64,000 nt of DNA from Escherichia phage vB_EcoM-G3F7, in sequence record MZ234035.1; one strand, given 5' to 3'. The number at the start of each line of letters is the position of its first letter. Position 1 is the stretch's first letter. Shown here one piece after another: positions 1-9,232 of the stretch. Made by a program: the position numbers and the translations under genes. The notes beneath the pieces are model-generated. The model was not told the DNA's origin. It worked only from the letters and a program-made list of their open reading frames with translations, and did not search any database.

Positions 1-1152
1 GAAACAGAAAAATATGTTCAGCAAAGGGCGATGTTTAATGCTACGTCTAAAATAATCGAAATTCAAACTAATGCTGAGCTTCCTCCGGAAAAACGAAATA
101 AGAAAATGCCAGATGTAGGTGCTATTCCTGACATCATGCGCCAAGCATTATCAATTTCATTTGATAGTTACGTTGGTCATGATTGGATGGATGACTACGA
201 AGCACGCTGGCTATCTTATATGAATAAAGCTCGTAAAGTTCCATTTAAACTCAGAATTCTAAACAAAATTACGAAAGGCGGAGCTGAAACTGGAACACTG
301 AACGTTTTAATGGCTGGCGTTAACGTTGGTAAGTCATTAGGTCTGTGTTCATTGGCAGCAGATTATTTGCAGCTCGGACATAATGTTCTTTACATTTCCA
401 TGGAAATGGCAGAAGAAGTCTGTGCTAAGCGTATTGACGCTAACATGCTTGATGTTTCTCTTGATGACATTGATGATGGGCATATTTCTTACGCTGAGTA
501 TAAAGGAAAAATGGAAAAATGGCGTGAGAAATCTACTCTCGGCCGTTTAATCGTTAAACAGTATCCTACTGGTGGAGCAGATGCTAATACATTTCGGTCG
601 CTTTTAAATGAATTAAAGCTCAAGAAGAATTTTGTTCCAACAATCATTATTGTTGACTATCTAGGTATTTGTAAATCTTGCCGCATTAGAGTTTATTCAG
701 AAAATAGTTACACAACTGTTAAAGCCATCGCAGAAGAATTGCGTGCTCTGGCTGTTGAAACTGAAACTGTTCTTTGGACTGCAGCACAGGTTGGTAAACA
801 AGCTTGGGACTCTTCCGATGTTAACATGAGTGATATCGCAGAATCTGCTGGTCTTCCAGCGACAGCTGATTTTATGCTTGCGGTCATTGAAACCGAGGAG
901 TTAGCAGCTGCTGAACAACAACTCATTAAGCAAATCAAATCACGATATGGTGATAAGAATAAATGGAATAAGTTTTTGATGGGTGTTCAAAAAGGAAATC
1001 AGAAATGGGTAGAAATTGAACAAGATTCTACTCCAACTGAAGTGAACGAAGTAGCAGGTTCACAACAGATTCAGGCTGAACAGAATCGCTATCAAAGAAA
1101 CGAATCGACTCGAGCTCAGTTAGATGCTTTGGCGAATGAATTAAAATTTTAG
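1..1152 (+). CDS. 41: Replicative DNA helicase gp41 (DnaB-like), 5'-truncated by window edge
   Basis: Frame open from nt 1; track ORF 31..1152 with P-loop-like GVNVGKS; matches my recollection of T4 gp41 C-terminal ~380 aa; followed by dmd/sp/61 as in T4. Confidence 0.93.
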   Translation, partial: ETEKYVQQRAMFNATSKIIEIQTNAELPPEKRNKKMPDVGAIPDIMRQALSISFDSYVGHDWMDDYEARWLSYMNKARKVPFKLRILNKITKGGAETGTLNVLMAGVNVGKSLGLCSLAADYLQLGHNVLYISMEMAEEVCAKRIDANMLDVSLDDIDDGHISYAEYKGKMEKWREKSTLGRLIVKQYPTGGADANTFRSLLNELKLKKNFVPTIIIVDYLGICKSCRIRVYSENSYTTVKAIAEELRALAVETETVLWTAAQVGKQAWDSSDVNMSDIAESAGLPATADFMLAVIETEELAAAEQQLIKQIKSRYGDKNKWNKFLMGVQKGNQKWVEIEQDSTPTEVNEVAGSQQIQAEQNRYQRNESTRAQLDALANELKF

Positions 1153-1181
1153 TTTACAAGCTGACAAGACTATGGTATAGT
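1152..1181 (+). promoter_or_regulatory. T4-type early promoter (GTTTAC -35, TATAGT -10) upstream of dmd
   Basis: GTTTAC at 1152-1157, 18-nt spacer, TATAGT at 1176-1181, then GGAG SD and ATG 1211. Confidence 0.5.
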
Positions 1182-1210
1182 AGTCTTGTTGGTTAAATGA
1201 GGAGATTGTT

Positions 1211-1393
1211 ATGGAATTGGTAAAGGTAGTTTTTATGGGGTGGTTTAAGAATGAAAGCACGTTTACTAAAGAAACCACAATGATGAAAGATGACGTTCAA
1301 TGGGCTACTACTCAGTATGCTGAAGTTAATAAAGCATTAGTTAAAGCTTTCATTGATGACAAGAAAGTATGTGAAGTGGATTGCCGAGGATAA
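1211..1393 (+). CDS. dmd: Dmd, discriminator of mRNA degradation (antitoxin against host RnlA/LsoA)
   Basis: 60-aa ORF MELVKVVFMGWFKNES...CEVDCRG, near-identical to T4 Dmd as I recall it; position next to gene 41. Confidence 0.88.
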   Translation: MELVKVVFMGWFKNESTFTKETTMMKDDVQWATTQYAEVNKALVKAFIDDKKVCEVDCRG

Positions 1394-1394
1394 T

Positions 1395-1652
1395 ATGCAT
1401 ATTGTTTTATTTAAACCTACTCCGTATAACGTCAGGAAAAATACACAATTCAAAGCACTTATTGCCGATACGTGGGAATTGGTGTTAGATATTCCAGCAG
1501 AAGAAAGTCCTCCATTTGGTCGAGTGGAATTTATTAAGTTTGCTGTTCGCCCTACGAAGCGGCAGATTCGTCAGTGTAAAAGGTATTTTCGTAAGATCGT
1601 TAAGCTAGAGAAACAGTTTGTAACATGTGATTACGCAAAAGTTTTAAAATAA
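1395..1652 (+). CDS. Hypothetical early protein (T4 61.4-like position)
   Basis: Track ORF 1353..1652 starts with TTG inside dmd; in-frame ATG at 1395 lies 4 nt after GAGGA and 2 nt after the dmd stop, so 1395 is preferred. Confidence 0.5.
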   Translation: MHIVLFKPTPYNVRKNTQFKALIADTWELVLDIPAEESPPFGRVEFIKFAVRPTKRQIRQCKRYFRKIVKLEKQFVTCDYAKVLK

Positions 1653-1710
1653 CTGTTTACTTTTATTGGAAATTGAGATACTATAAACATAAACTACTGA
1701 GGAGATTATC

Positions 1711-2004
1711 ATGAAAAAATTTATCTTTGCTACAATTTTTGCTTTAGCTTCTTGTGCTGCTCAGCCTGCTATGGCAGGTTATGATAAAGATTTGTGCGAA
1801 TGGTCTATGACTGCGGATCAGACTGAGGTTGAAACTCAAATTGAAGCAGATATTATGAATATCGTTGAGCGTGATCGTCCTGAAATGAAAGCTGAAGTGC
1901 AAAAACAGCTTAAGTCTGGTGGTGTAATGCAGTATAATTACGTTCTGTATTGTGATAAAAACTTTAATAATAAAAATATCATCGCTGAAGTGGTAGGTGA
2001 ATAA
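1711..2004 (+). CDS. sp: Spackle (Sp), periplasmic protein with signal peptide
   Basis: 97 aa, N-terminal signal peptide MKKFIFATIFALASCAAQPAMA; matches T4 Sp size and sequence as recalled; GGAGA SD. Confidence 0.82.
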   Translation: MKKFIFATIFALASCAAQPAMAGYDKDLCEWSMTADQTEVETQIEADIMNIVERDRPEMKAEVQKQLKSGGVMQYNYVLYCDKNFNNKNIIAEVVGE

Positions 2005-2016
2005 TTAGAGGCTAAT

Positions 2017-2181
2017 ATGAAAACGTTTAAAGAATTTATCAAAGAAGATATGGTCGCTGGAGATTCAGGTGGTAGTCCTGAAAATATCTCTACTGGAACA
2101 ACGTCAGGCGCTGTAGTAAATAAAGGTCCTGAACAGATTCCTAAAAAGAAAAAAGAGGAATCTAAAGAAAAAGAAGAGTAA
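2017..2181 (+). CDS. Hypothetical small Lys/Glu-rich protein (54 aa)
   Basis: ATG 2017 to TAA 2179-2181, hand-translated MKTFKEFIKEDMVAGDSGG...KEESKEKEE; ends 2 nt before the gene 61 ATG. Confidence 0.45.
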   Translation: MKTFKEFIKEDMVAGDSGGSPENISTGTTSGAVVNKGPEQIPKKKKEESKEKEE

Positions 2182-2183
2182 AA

Positions 2184-3212
2184 ATGTCATCAATACCTTG
2201 GATTGATAATGAGTTTGCATACCGTGCATTAGCTCATTTACCTAAATTCACACAAGTAAATAATAGTTCAACTTTTAAATTACGGTTTAGATGCCCAGTT
2301 TGTGGAGATTCAAAAACCGACCAGAATAAAGCCCGTGGATGGTATTATGGTGATAATAATGAAGGAAATATTCATTGTTATAACTGTAACTATCATGCAC
2401 CAATCGGAATATATTTAAAGGAGTTTGAACCTGATTTATATCGTGAGTATATCTTTGAAATAAGAAAAGAAAAAGGTAAAAGTCGTCCAGTAGAAAAACC
2501 TAAAGAACTTCCTAAACAACCTGAGAAGAAAATAATTAAATCTCTTCCGTCATGTGTTAGATTAGATAAACTGGCGGAAGACCATCCAATTATAAAATAT
2601 GTAAAAGCTCGTTGTATTCCAAAGGATAAATGGAAATATCTTTGGTTTACAACCGAATGGCCTAAATTAGTTAATAGCATAGCACCGGGAACATATAAAA
2701 AGGAAATTTCTGAGCCTCGTCTTGTTATTCCAATTTATAATGCTAATGGAAAAGCTGAGTCTTTTCAAGGACGCGCATTAAAGAAAGATGCTCCTCAAAA
2801 ATATATCACCATCAAAGCTTATCCTGAAGCAACAAAAATTTATGGAGTCGAACGAGTTAAAGATGGTGATGTATATGTTCTAGAAGGACCTATAGATTCA
2901 CTTTTTATTGAAAATGGTATAGCTATTACGGGTGGTCAATTAGACCTAGAAGTTGTTCCATTTAAAGATAGACGAGTGTGGGTTTTAGATAATGAACCTC
3001 GTCACCCTGACACTATTAAACGAATGACTAAATTAGTTGATGCAGGAGAAAGGGTTATGTTTTGGGATAAATCTCCCTGGAAATCAAAAGATGTTAATGA
3101 TATGATTAGAAAGGAAGGTGCAACCACTGAACAAATTATGGAATATATGAAAAATAATATTGCCCAGGGGTTAATGGCTAAAATGCGGCTATCTAAATAT
3201 GCTAAGATTTAA
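2184..3212 (+). CDS. 61: DNA primase gp61
   Basis: 342 aa, zinc-ribbon CPVCGDS...CYNC plus TOPRIM-like region; matches T4 gp61 as recalled. Confidence 0.93.
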   Translation: MSSIPWIDNEFAYRALAHLPKFTQVNNSSTFKLRFRCPVCGDSKTDQNKARGWYYGDNNEGNIHCYNCNYHAPIGIYLKEFEPDLYREYIFEIRKEKGKSRPVEKPKELPKQPEKKIIKSLPSCVRLDKLAEDHPIIKYVKARCIPKDKWKYLWFTTEWPKLVNSIAPGTYKKEISEPRLVIPIYNANGKAESFQGRALKKDAPQKYITIKAYPEATKIYGVERVKDGDVYVLEGPIDSLFIENGIAITGGQLDLEVVPFKDRRVWVLDNEPRHPDTIKRMTKLVDAGERVMFWDKSPWKSKDVNDMIRKEGATTEQIMEYMKNNIAQGLMAKMRLSKYAKI

Positions 3213-3409
3213 ATTAACCCAACTAAAGCAAATGCTAAATCTACGAATGTATCAAGAGTAACTACTGGAATACTAACGCCATGAGCAATAGCAACTGGCG
3301 ATAAAACAAAATTCCAAAGTAAAATTCCTATCATAGCAGTAATAGTAAAAGCTATACGTTTCTTATTACCTTTTATGGCATTAACAAGTGCCATTAATTT
3401 TTGTACCAT
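3209..3409 (-). CDS. Hypothetical small membrane protein, antisense to the early gene block
   Basis: 66-aa hydrophobic ORF; ATG at 3409 preceded on the minus strand by AAGGAGG with a 4-nt spacer; its stop overlaps the gene 61 stop tail-to-tail. Confidence 0.4.
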   Translation of the reverse strand: MVQKLMALVNAIKGNKKRIAFTITAMIGILLWNFVLSPVAIAHGVSIPVVTLDTFVDLAFALVGLI

Positions 3410-3421
3410 ATGTCCTCCTTA

Positions 3422-3446
3422 TTGCTTTATATATTTATTGTATAAT
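3422..3446 (+). promoter_or_regulatory. Candidate MotA-dependent middle promoter upstream of gene 56
   Basis: MotA-box-like TTGCTTTA at 3422-3429, 11-nt gap, TATAAT at 3441-3446. Confidence 0.4.
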
Positions 3447-3482
3447 TAATCTACTAACCCATGAATTGAAAGGAAAAATAAC

Positions 3483-3998
3483 ATGCCACATTTCAACGAA
3501 TGTAGTCAACTGATCGAAGGCGCTGATAAAGCTCAAAATGAATATTGGGATATTCTCGGTGATGAAAAAGACCCGCTGCAGGTAATGCTTGATATGCAGA
3601 AATCTTTACAGATTCGTTTAGCAAATGACCGCGAATACTGTTATCATCCAGATAAATTAGAAACTGCCGGTGATGTTGTTTCTTGGATGCGTGAACAAAA
3701 AGACTGTATTGATGATGAATTCCGCGAACTTCTGACTTCTCTTGGTGAAATGTCACGTGGTGAAAAAGATGCATCGGCAGTTTGGAAAAAATGGAAAGCA
3801 CGTTATATTGAAGCGCAAGAAAAACGCATTGATGAAATGTCCCCAGAAGATCAGCTCGAAATTAAATTTGAGCTTGTGGATATATTTCATTTCGTATTAA
3901 ATATGTTTGCTGGCCTTGGAATGAATGCGGAAGAAATCTTTAAACTTTATTATTTGAAAAATAAACATAATTTTGAACGTCAAGATAATGGGTATTAA
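3483..3998 (+). CDS. 56: dCTPase/dCTP pyrophosphatase gp56 (MazG-like)
   Basis: 171 aa MPHFNECSQLIEGADKAQNEYWDILGDEKDPLQVMLDMQ...; near-identical to T4 gp56 as recalled. Confidence 0.93.
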   Translation: MPHFNECSQLIEGADKAQNEYWDILGDEKDPLQVMLDMQKSLQIRLANDREYCYHPDKLETAGDVVSWMREQKDCIDDEFRELLTSLGEMSRGEKDASAVWKKWKARYIEAQEKRIDEMSPEDQLEIKFELVDIFHFVLNMFAGLGMNAEEIFKLYYLKNKHNFERQDNGY

Positions 3999-4662
3999 AC
4001 AAAAATTTTATAGAACATATATCGTAAAAGTTAGGACGCCGAAAGGCGTCTTTTGGTACGCTGGGAAACATGAATCATTTATTGTAAATCCATATGATGA
4101 TAAATATCCGGGGTCAGGCAAAATACTATGGAACATATATCGTAAGTATGGTTTTAATTATAAAATACGTTGGTCAAAATGCCATGGTTCTAGAGAAAAA
4201 TCATATGAAGTTGAACGCGAGCTAATATCTGCATTAAAACGTAAACACCCAGATACTTGCATTAATATTTCTCCTGGTGGTCAGGGTGGAGAAGGAAGAA
4301 AATGGACTGAGCAACAACGATTAGAACATAAACTTAGATTAAACAATCCTGAAACAAAAACTCGGATGAAGAATTCACAACGTATAGCCCAAAATAGAGC
4401 AGAACGAAAAGCTCGGCAATCTGAAGTAATGAAAAAGTTTTATTCGAATGGCGGAAATAAAAAGATTTCAGAAGGAACTTCAAGGGCGCAAAGAAAAGCG
4501 CCGCATTGGCATGAACCGCTTAAAAGCGAAATACATGAGTTATGGGTTTCTTTAGGTAAACCAGCAACAGGCCCGGTTGTAAAGGCGCTTAAAGGAAAAT
4601 ATGATGTAACAAGTTCAGCTCTTAAGAATTTAATTTACTTATTCAGAAAAGAAGATGTATAA
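3973..4662 (+). mobile_element. Free-standing GIY-YIG homing endonuclease (SegF-like position between 56 and soc)
   Basis: 229-aa ORF with GIY-YIG-like motifs (TYIVKV...WYAGKH; NISPGGQGGEGRKW); overlaps 3' end of gene 56; alternative ATG at 3988. Confidence 0.6.
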
Positions 4663-4665
4663 ATA
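4658..4665 (+). promoter_or_regulatory. T4 late promoter TATAAATA upstream of soc
   Basis: Exact TATAAATA overlapping the stop of the upstream ORF, about 30 nt before soc ATG. Confidence 0.55.
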
Positions 4666-4695
4666 ATCATGTAATTTAAATAAAAGGAGAATTAC

Positions 4696-4941
4696 ATGGC
4701 TAGTACTCGCGGTTATGTTAATATTAAAACATTTGAGCAGAAATTAGATGGAAATAAGAAAATTGAAGGAAAGGAAATTTCTGTAGCTTTCCCTCTTTAT
4801 TCTGACGTTCACAAAATTTCTGGTGCTCATTACCAGACGTTCCCTTCAGAAAAAGCAGCATATACTACTGTATATGAAGAAAATCAGCGTACTGAATGGA
4901 TTGCTGCAAACGAAGATTTGTGGAAAGTAACTGGTGGTTAA
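4696..4941 (+). CDS. soc: Small outer capsid protein Soc
   Basis: 81-codon ORF MASTRGYVNIKTFEQKLDGNKKIEGKEISVAFPLYSDVHKISGAHYQTFPSEKAAY...; matches T4 Soc as recalled. Confidence 0.93.
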   Translation: MASTRGYVNIKTFEQKLDGNKKIEGKEISVAFPLYSDVHKISGAHYQTFPSEKAAYTTVYEENQRTEWIAANEDLWKVTGG

Positions 4942-4947
4942 TAATTC

Positions 4948-4973
4948 AAGGACTCCTTCGGGAGTCCTTTTTT
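4948..4973 (+). terminator. Rho-independent terminator after soc
   Basis: aaGGACTCC-TTCG-GGAGTCCtt stem-loop with UUCG loop followed by T-run; same hairpin recurs at 58550-58574. Confidence 0.6.
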
Positions 4974-4983
4974 CATTTAAATG

Positions 4984-5013
4984 GTTTACTTTCCAAAATG
5001 AGTATGGTATAAT
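4984..5013 (+). promoter_or_regulatory. T4-type early promoter
   Basis: GTTTAC 4984-4989, 18-nt spacer, TGGTATAAT with TATAAT at 5008-5013. Confidence 0.5.
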
Positions 5014-5039
5014 AGAATTATCTTATAGAGGAGAGCGCT

Positions 5040-5246
5040 ATGTTAAATCGTTGGATTAAACCGAATGAAGATTTAGATATTATCATTTCACGACACGTAA
5101 TGAAGAAATATGAATTGCAACCATGGTCTACAGAAGTTGTTGTGCATTCATTTATGATGTACGCAGATGGTTCTGTTGAATTTAATGCAGAGATTCGATA
5201 CGATTATGGCGAGAAGCAAGTTGAATTCAAAAGAGGCTTTTTGTAA
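5040..5246 (+). CDS. Hypothetical protein (68 aa)
   Basis: ATG with GAGGAGAG SD; follows early promoter. Confidence 0.5.
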   Translation: MLNRWIKPNEDLDIIISRHVMKKYELQPWSTEVVVHSFMMYADGSVEFNAEIRYDYGEKQVEFKRGFL

Positions 5247-5587
5247 TGTTTATCTTTAATTGGTTTAAAAATTTCTTTACGGATTTTTTCTCTACAGTTC
5301 CTGGGGAAGGTGTAGTTCCTATTTCAAATGACGACCTTCCTTTAACTGTAGTTGAGTATGTTTATATGGGAGATGGAACAGTAGAAGCAGTCACTATGAC
5401 TTATGAAGAAGCCCAAGAATATTATAAAAATCCTTGGCGCTGGTCAGTACCTACTACATCATCTAATGCACAGAATACACAGTCTAGTTCTGATTCATAT
5501 GATACTAATGTTCCTGTTCATGTATGGACGGGCGATTCATGTGGAAGTTCTTGTGATTCTAGTTGTTCATCTACATCTTGTGATTGA
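5246..5587 (+). CDS. Hypothetical protein with Ser/Cys-rich C-terminal tail
   Basis: 113 aa; TAATG start overlap; C-terminus [18 protein letters not shown]. Confidence 0.5.
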   Translation: MFIFNWFKNFFTDFFSTVPGEGVVPISNDDLPLTVVEYVYMGDGTVEAVTMTYEEAQEYYKNPWRWSVPTTSSNAQNTQSSSDSYDTNVPVHVWTGDSCGSSCDSSCSSTSCD

Positions 5588-5595
5588 GGAAAATT

Positions 5596-6081
5596 ATGGA
5601 AGCAATTTTGTTTGAAATGTCTATCAATAGTATTAGTATGGCGTTTGTCAAGGATGTTCCAATTACCGTAGCAGTAATGATTGATAAAAGATATGACAAT
5701 GACATGTATCTAGTAGAAGATTTTATTTCAATGCCAGTTCCAGAAGATGTTGAAATAAAACTTAAAAAGATCGGAATTATTGAAACTGTACAAAATTCTC
5801 CATTTATGGCAATTCAAGCATTTACTAAATCTAACTATATTGATGTTGCTGAAGCATACTATAATAATAAACCGTTATCCTTCTATTCATATGATTCAAT
5901 ATATGACTGGAAAATTGATAAGGGAAATAAATTTATAATTACGGACGAAAGTGCGCTATCATATTTTATTACCTCTTTATGGAATAATTTAAATCCTAAT
6001 TTGCTAAAAATTCATGAATTTGACGGTGTCCATACTATTGTTTTAGGTAAAATAAATGAAAGCTCTCAAGAAGATTCTTGA
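5596..6081 (+). CDS. Hypothetical protein (161 aa from ATG 5596; possible Mrh by size only)
   Basis: Track ORF 5584..6081 begins with TTG; ATG at 5596 follows GAGGAAAA. Confidence 0.45.
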   Translation: MEAILFEMSINSISMAFVKDVPITVAVMIDKRYDNDMYLVEDFISMPVPEDVEIKLKKIGIIETVQNSPFMAIQAFTKSNYIDVAEAYYNNKPLSFYSYDSIYDWKIDKGNKFIITDESALSYFITSLWNNLNPNLLKIHEFDGVHTIVLGKINESSQEDS

Positions 6082-6259
6082 ATGGTTCAATAGACCAAAC
6101 TCAATGTACATTGATGATGGTTGGGTTGAACAAGCAAATAAAGAAATGCAGAACGAATCAGAAGAATGGATGAAATCAATGATTAGTGCTGAGAAAGAAA
6201 AGAAATTAGAACGCTCAGCGCTTAAATTAATGAGAGACATCTATGGGGATAAATCGTGA
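6056..6259 (+). CDS. Hypothetical protein (67 aa)
   Basis: Track ORF overlapping end of previous gene; charged/coiled-coil-like composition. Confidence 0.4.
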   Translation: MKALKKILEWFNRPNSMYIDDGWVEQANKEMQNESEEWMKSMISAEKEKKLERSALKLMRDIYGDKS

Positions 6260-6267
6260 ACAAAGAT

Positions 6268-6420
6268 ATGACGTTAGAAGAGGCTAAAGCAAAAGCAAAT
6301 GAAGCATTGGATTTGCTTCTTAAAATTGGCAGTAAAATGATGGAAGAAAATGAGAAATATATCCAGGAAAACAAAATTCCTGACGGCCCATTAGTAGGCA
6401 AGAGGAAATCACATGATTGA
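6268..6420 (+). CDS. Hypothetical small protein (50 aa)
   Basis: Hand-translated [50 protein letters not shown]; stop overlaps next ATG (ATGATTGA). Confidence 0.3.
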   Translation: MTLEEAKAKANEALDLLLKIGSKMMEENEKYIQENKIPDGPLVGKRKSHD

Positions 6421-6883
6421 AGTAGCAAAACATTATTCAATAGAATTTATGTCTAAAGAAGGTAAATCAGTAAATACACTTGACAAAAAGTGCTCGTTAA
6501 TTATTCCTTTAGCAGAAAATCCGGATATTTTAATTAAAGATATAAAAGAAAGAAAATACCCAGAAAATGTTATTCTAATTATAAAGCATACTGAAGATAT
6601 TTTGCAGAATACTGATTCACCGTTTTCTTCTTCTGAAGCTTTAACTATTAAAGGCTATAAAAGAGCTCATGAATATGGTCTTTTTGACCTGTTTGAAGAC
6701 GATAAAGTTAAATTAGCGAGTCAACCTTCTAAAAGTAAAACATTCATTATTGAAGATATTAAAGATATAAATGCATTCGTTAAGATGGTCTGGGCTCATT
6801 TTGATGTTGGACTACGCTGGAGAATGTCCGAAGAAGAAAGAAAGATTATTGAAGCTAATCGTCAATTTGGTTTTTATCGCTAG
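6413..6883 (+). CDS. Hypothetical protein (156 aa)
   Basis: Track ORF with ATG start; no recognisable motif. Confidence 0.5.
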   Translation: MIEVAKHYSIEFMSKEGKSVNTLDKKCSLIIPLAENPDILIKDIKERKYPENVILIIKHTEDILQNTDSPFSSSEALTIKGYKRAHEYGLFDLFEDDKVKLASQPSKSKTFIIEDIKDINAFVKMVWAHFDVGLRWRMSEEERKIIEANRQFGFYR

Positions 6884-6891
6884 GAATTAAT

Positions 6892-7074
6892 ATGGATTTA
6901 TTTGAGATGTTAGAAGATAATCATTCTACGAATATCCAGAATGATTCTAGTGATTATAAGAAAGAGTACCGTATAGTATTACAGAATTATGGAATTGAAG
7001 CCCCAGATGCTCTTCTAGAAGAACTAGCTTCATACCATCTTGACCCTCCGCCTTGGGCTCCTTGGGCAAAATAA
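6892..7074 (+). CDS. Hypothetical protein (60 aa)
   Basis: Track ORF with ATG start. Confidence 0.4.
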   Translation: MDLFEMLEDNHSTNIQNDSSDYKKEYRIVLQNYGIEAPDALLEELASYHLDPPPWAPWAK

Positions 7075-7085
7075 TTCAAAAAGTT

Positions 7086-7115
7086 GTTTACTTTCCTTTC
7101 TAACGATGATATGAT
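7086..7115 (+). promoter_or_regulatory. T4-type early promoter upstream of modB
   Basis: GTTTAC 7086-7091, 18-nt spacer, TATGAT at 7110-7115. Confidence 0.4.
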
Positions 7116-7141
7116 AGCTTCTGAAGTATACGGAGGCTATC

Positions 7142-7765
7142 ATGATTATTAATCTTGCAGATGTTGAACAGTTATCTATAAAAGCTGAAAGCGTTGATTT
7201 TCAATATGATATGTATAAAAAGGTCTGTGAAAAATTTACTGACTTTGAGCAGTCTGTTCTTTGGCAATGTATGGAAGCTAAAAAGAATGAAGAGCTTCAT
7301 CGGCAATTGAATAAAATCATTAAAAAGCATTTAACTAAATCGCCTTATCAGTTATATCGTGGTATATCAAAATCGACAAAAGAACTTATTAAAGATTTAC
7401 AAGTTGGAGAAGTGTTTTCAACGAACAGGGTAGATTCATTTACTACTAGTTTGCATACAGCGTGTTCTTTTTCTTATGCTGAATATTTTACTAAAATAAT
7501 ACTTCGTTTAAAAACTAATAAAGCTTTTAATTATTCTGACCATATCAGCGATATTATACTTTCTTCTCCTAATACTGAGTTTAAGTACACGTATGAAGAT
7601 ACTGATGGGCTAGATTCAGAGCGTACTGATAACTTAATGATGATTGTGCGTGAACAAGAATGGATGATTCCAATTGGAAAGTATAGAATAACTTCTATTT
7701 CAAAAGAAAAATTACACGATTCATTTGGAACATTTAAAGTTTATGATATTGAGGTAGTTGAATGA
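7142..7765 (+). CDS. modB: ADP-ribosyltransferase ModB
   Basis: 207 aa; ART-like motifs (YRG, S-T-x, EQEWMIP); paralog of the next ORF; size and synteny as in T4. Confidence 0.7.
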   Translation: MIINLADVEQLSIKAESVDFQYDMYKKVCEKFTDFEQSVLWQCMEAKKNEELHRQLNKIIKKHLTKSPYQLYRGISKSTKELIKDLQVGEVFSTNRVDSFTTSLHTACSFSYAEYFTKIILRLKTNKAFNYSDHISDIILSSPNTEFKYTYEDTDGLDSERTDNLMMIVREQEWMIPIGKYRITSISKEKLHDSFGTFKVYDIEVVE

Positions 7766-8364
7766 AATACTCAGTAATGCAACTAAAAGATTTTAAAATA
7801 AAATCAATGGATGCATCGGTGCGTGCTTCTATTCGTGAAGAATTACTTTCTGAAGGGTTTAATTTATCTGAAATTGAACTTTTAATTCATTGTATTACTA
7901 ATAAGCCAGATGACCATACTTGGTTAAATGAAATAATCAAATCTCGTTTGGTTCCAAACGATAAACCTCTTTGGAGAGGTGTTCCAGCTGAGACTAAACA
8001 AGTATTAAATCAAGGAATTGATATTATTACATTTGATAAAGTCGTATCAGCTTCATATGATAAAAATATAGCTCTACATTTTGCTTCCGGTTTAGAGTAT
8101 AACACACAAGTTATTTTTGAATTCAAAGCTCCTATGGTATTCAATTTCCAGGAGTATGCTATAAAAGCTCTGCGCTGTAAAGAATACAATCCAAACTTTA
8201 AGTTTCCGGATAGCCATCGTTATCGTAATATGGAATTAGTTTCAGATGAACAAGAAGTAATGATACCAGCTGGAAGTGTATTTAGAATTGCAGATAGATA
8301 TGAGTATAAAAAGTATTCAACATACACTATCTATACTCTTGATTTTGAAGGATTTAATCTATAA
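7762..8364 (+). CDS. modA: ADP-ribosyltransferase ModA
   Basis: 200 aa; WRG, SAS, EQEVMIP motifs; size and synteny as in T4. Confidence 0.7.
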   Translation: MKYSVMQLKDFKIKSMDASVRASIREELLSEGFNLSEIELLIHCITNKPDDHTWLNEIIKSRLVPNDKPLWRGVPAETKQVLNQGIDIITFDKVVSASYDKNIALHFASGLEYNTQVIFEFKAPMVFNFQEYAIKALRCKEYNPNFKFPDSHRYRNMELVSDEQEVMIPAGSVFRIADRYEYKKYSTYTIYTLDFEGFNL

Positions 8365-8420
8365 TGGAAGGACTTAGATTCATTATACCATGAAATTTTT
8401 GAAGCATTTTTCATAAAATT

Positions 8421-8450
8421 GTTTACAAGCCAAGGTAAAAATGTTATAGT
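8421..8450 (+). promoter_or_regulatory. T4-type early promoter upstream of srd
   Basis: GTTTAC 8421-8426, spacer, TATAGT 8445-8450. Confidence 0.45.
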
Positions 8451-8485
8451 ATAGTAGTCAATCGTCCGTAAGATGTGAGAAAAAT

Positions 8486-9232
8486 ATGAAACTGTCTAAT
8501 AATCAAATTCGTAAAATTAAACGTCGTTTAGAGCACACTCAGGCATCTGCAAAAAGACGTTCTAAAGATTTTAACTTAGACTTCAATTACATTAAGAATA
8601 TTTTAGATCAAAAAGTTTGTGCCTATTCAGGAGAACCTTTTGATAATCGTATTGAAGGAGAGAAATTATCATTAGAACGTTTTGATAATAACATTGGATA
8701 CATTAAAGGGAATGTTATTGCAGTAAAGAAAAAGTATAATACATTTCGTTCTGATTATACTTTAGAAGAGTTGATTGAAAAACGGGATTTATTTGCTTTG
8801 CGAATTGGTCGTTCATCTGCGAAAAAAGTTCATAAACTAAATTTAGATGAAAAGAAATGGGCTAAAATCAAAAAGACTTATAATCAAATTAAAGCTATAC
8901 AGAAAAAGCGTGAAAATCGAATTGAACACATTTCTCAGCTTTCTAAATCAAAACAGACCTCTGACATTAAGCTAAGAATTATAGCACTTAAAGCTCGTAT
9001 TGATGGTTCTCGCATAGCAGAAGGCGCTGAAGTTGTTAAACTGAACGTTCTTCTTAAAGGCTCGGATTGGAAAATTGTGAAAAAGTTGTCAGAAGCAGAA
9101 ATGCAATATGATGTGTGTGATAAAATTATTCAAGGTGTAGAGCGGTATCAAAACTTGTCTTTTATTGATAAACTTAAACTGAAAAGAGGATACCCGCTAA
9201 ATTGTTCAATTTTTAAACTTATCCGAGGATAA
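8486..9232 (+). CDS. srd: Srd-like protein (sigma decoy), assigned by size and synteny
   Basis: 248 aa between modA and dda as in T4; no motif independently recognised. Confidence 0.55.
   Translation: MKLSNNQIRKIKRRLEHTQASAKRRSKDFNLDFNYIKNILDQKVCAYSGEPFDNRIEGEKLSLERFDNNIGYIKGNVIAVKKKYNTFRSDYTLEELIEKRDLFALRIGRSSAKKVHKLNLDEKKWAKIKKTYNQIKAIQKKRENRIEHISQLSKSKQTSDIKLRIIALKARIDGSRIAEGAEVVKLNVLLKGSDWKIVKKLSEAEMQYDVCDKIIQGVERYQNLSFIDKLKLKRGYPLNCSIFKLIRG

Noticed and set aside
708-938. Minus-strand 76-aa ORF inside gene 41
   Set aside because: Lies wholly antisense within a well-supported helicase gene, has no SD, and has low-complexity Ser/Ala composition; treated as a chance ORF.
2393-2680. Minus-strand 95-aa ORF inside primase gene 61
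   Set aside because: Antisense to a conserved gene with no RBS; chance ORF.
3493-3801. Minus-strand 102-aa ORF inside gene 56
   Set aside because: Antisense within the dCTPase gene; no RBS.
5403-5615. Plus-strand 70-aa ORF overlapping 5246..5587 in another frame
   Set aside because: Alternative frame of a better-supported gene; His/Leu-rich low-complexity product.
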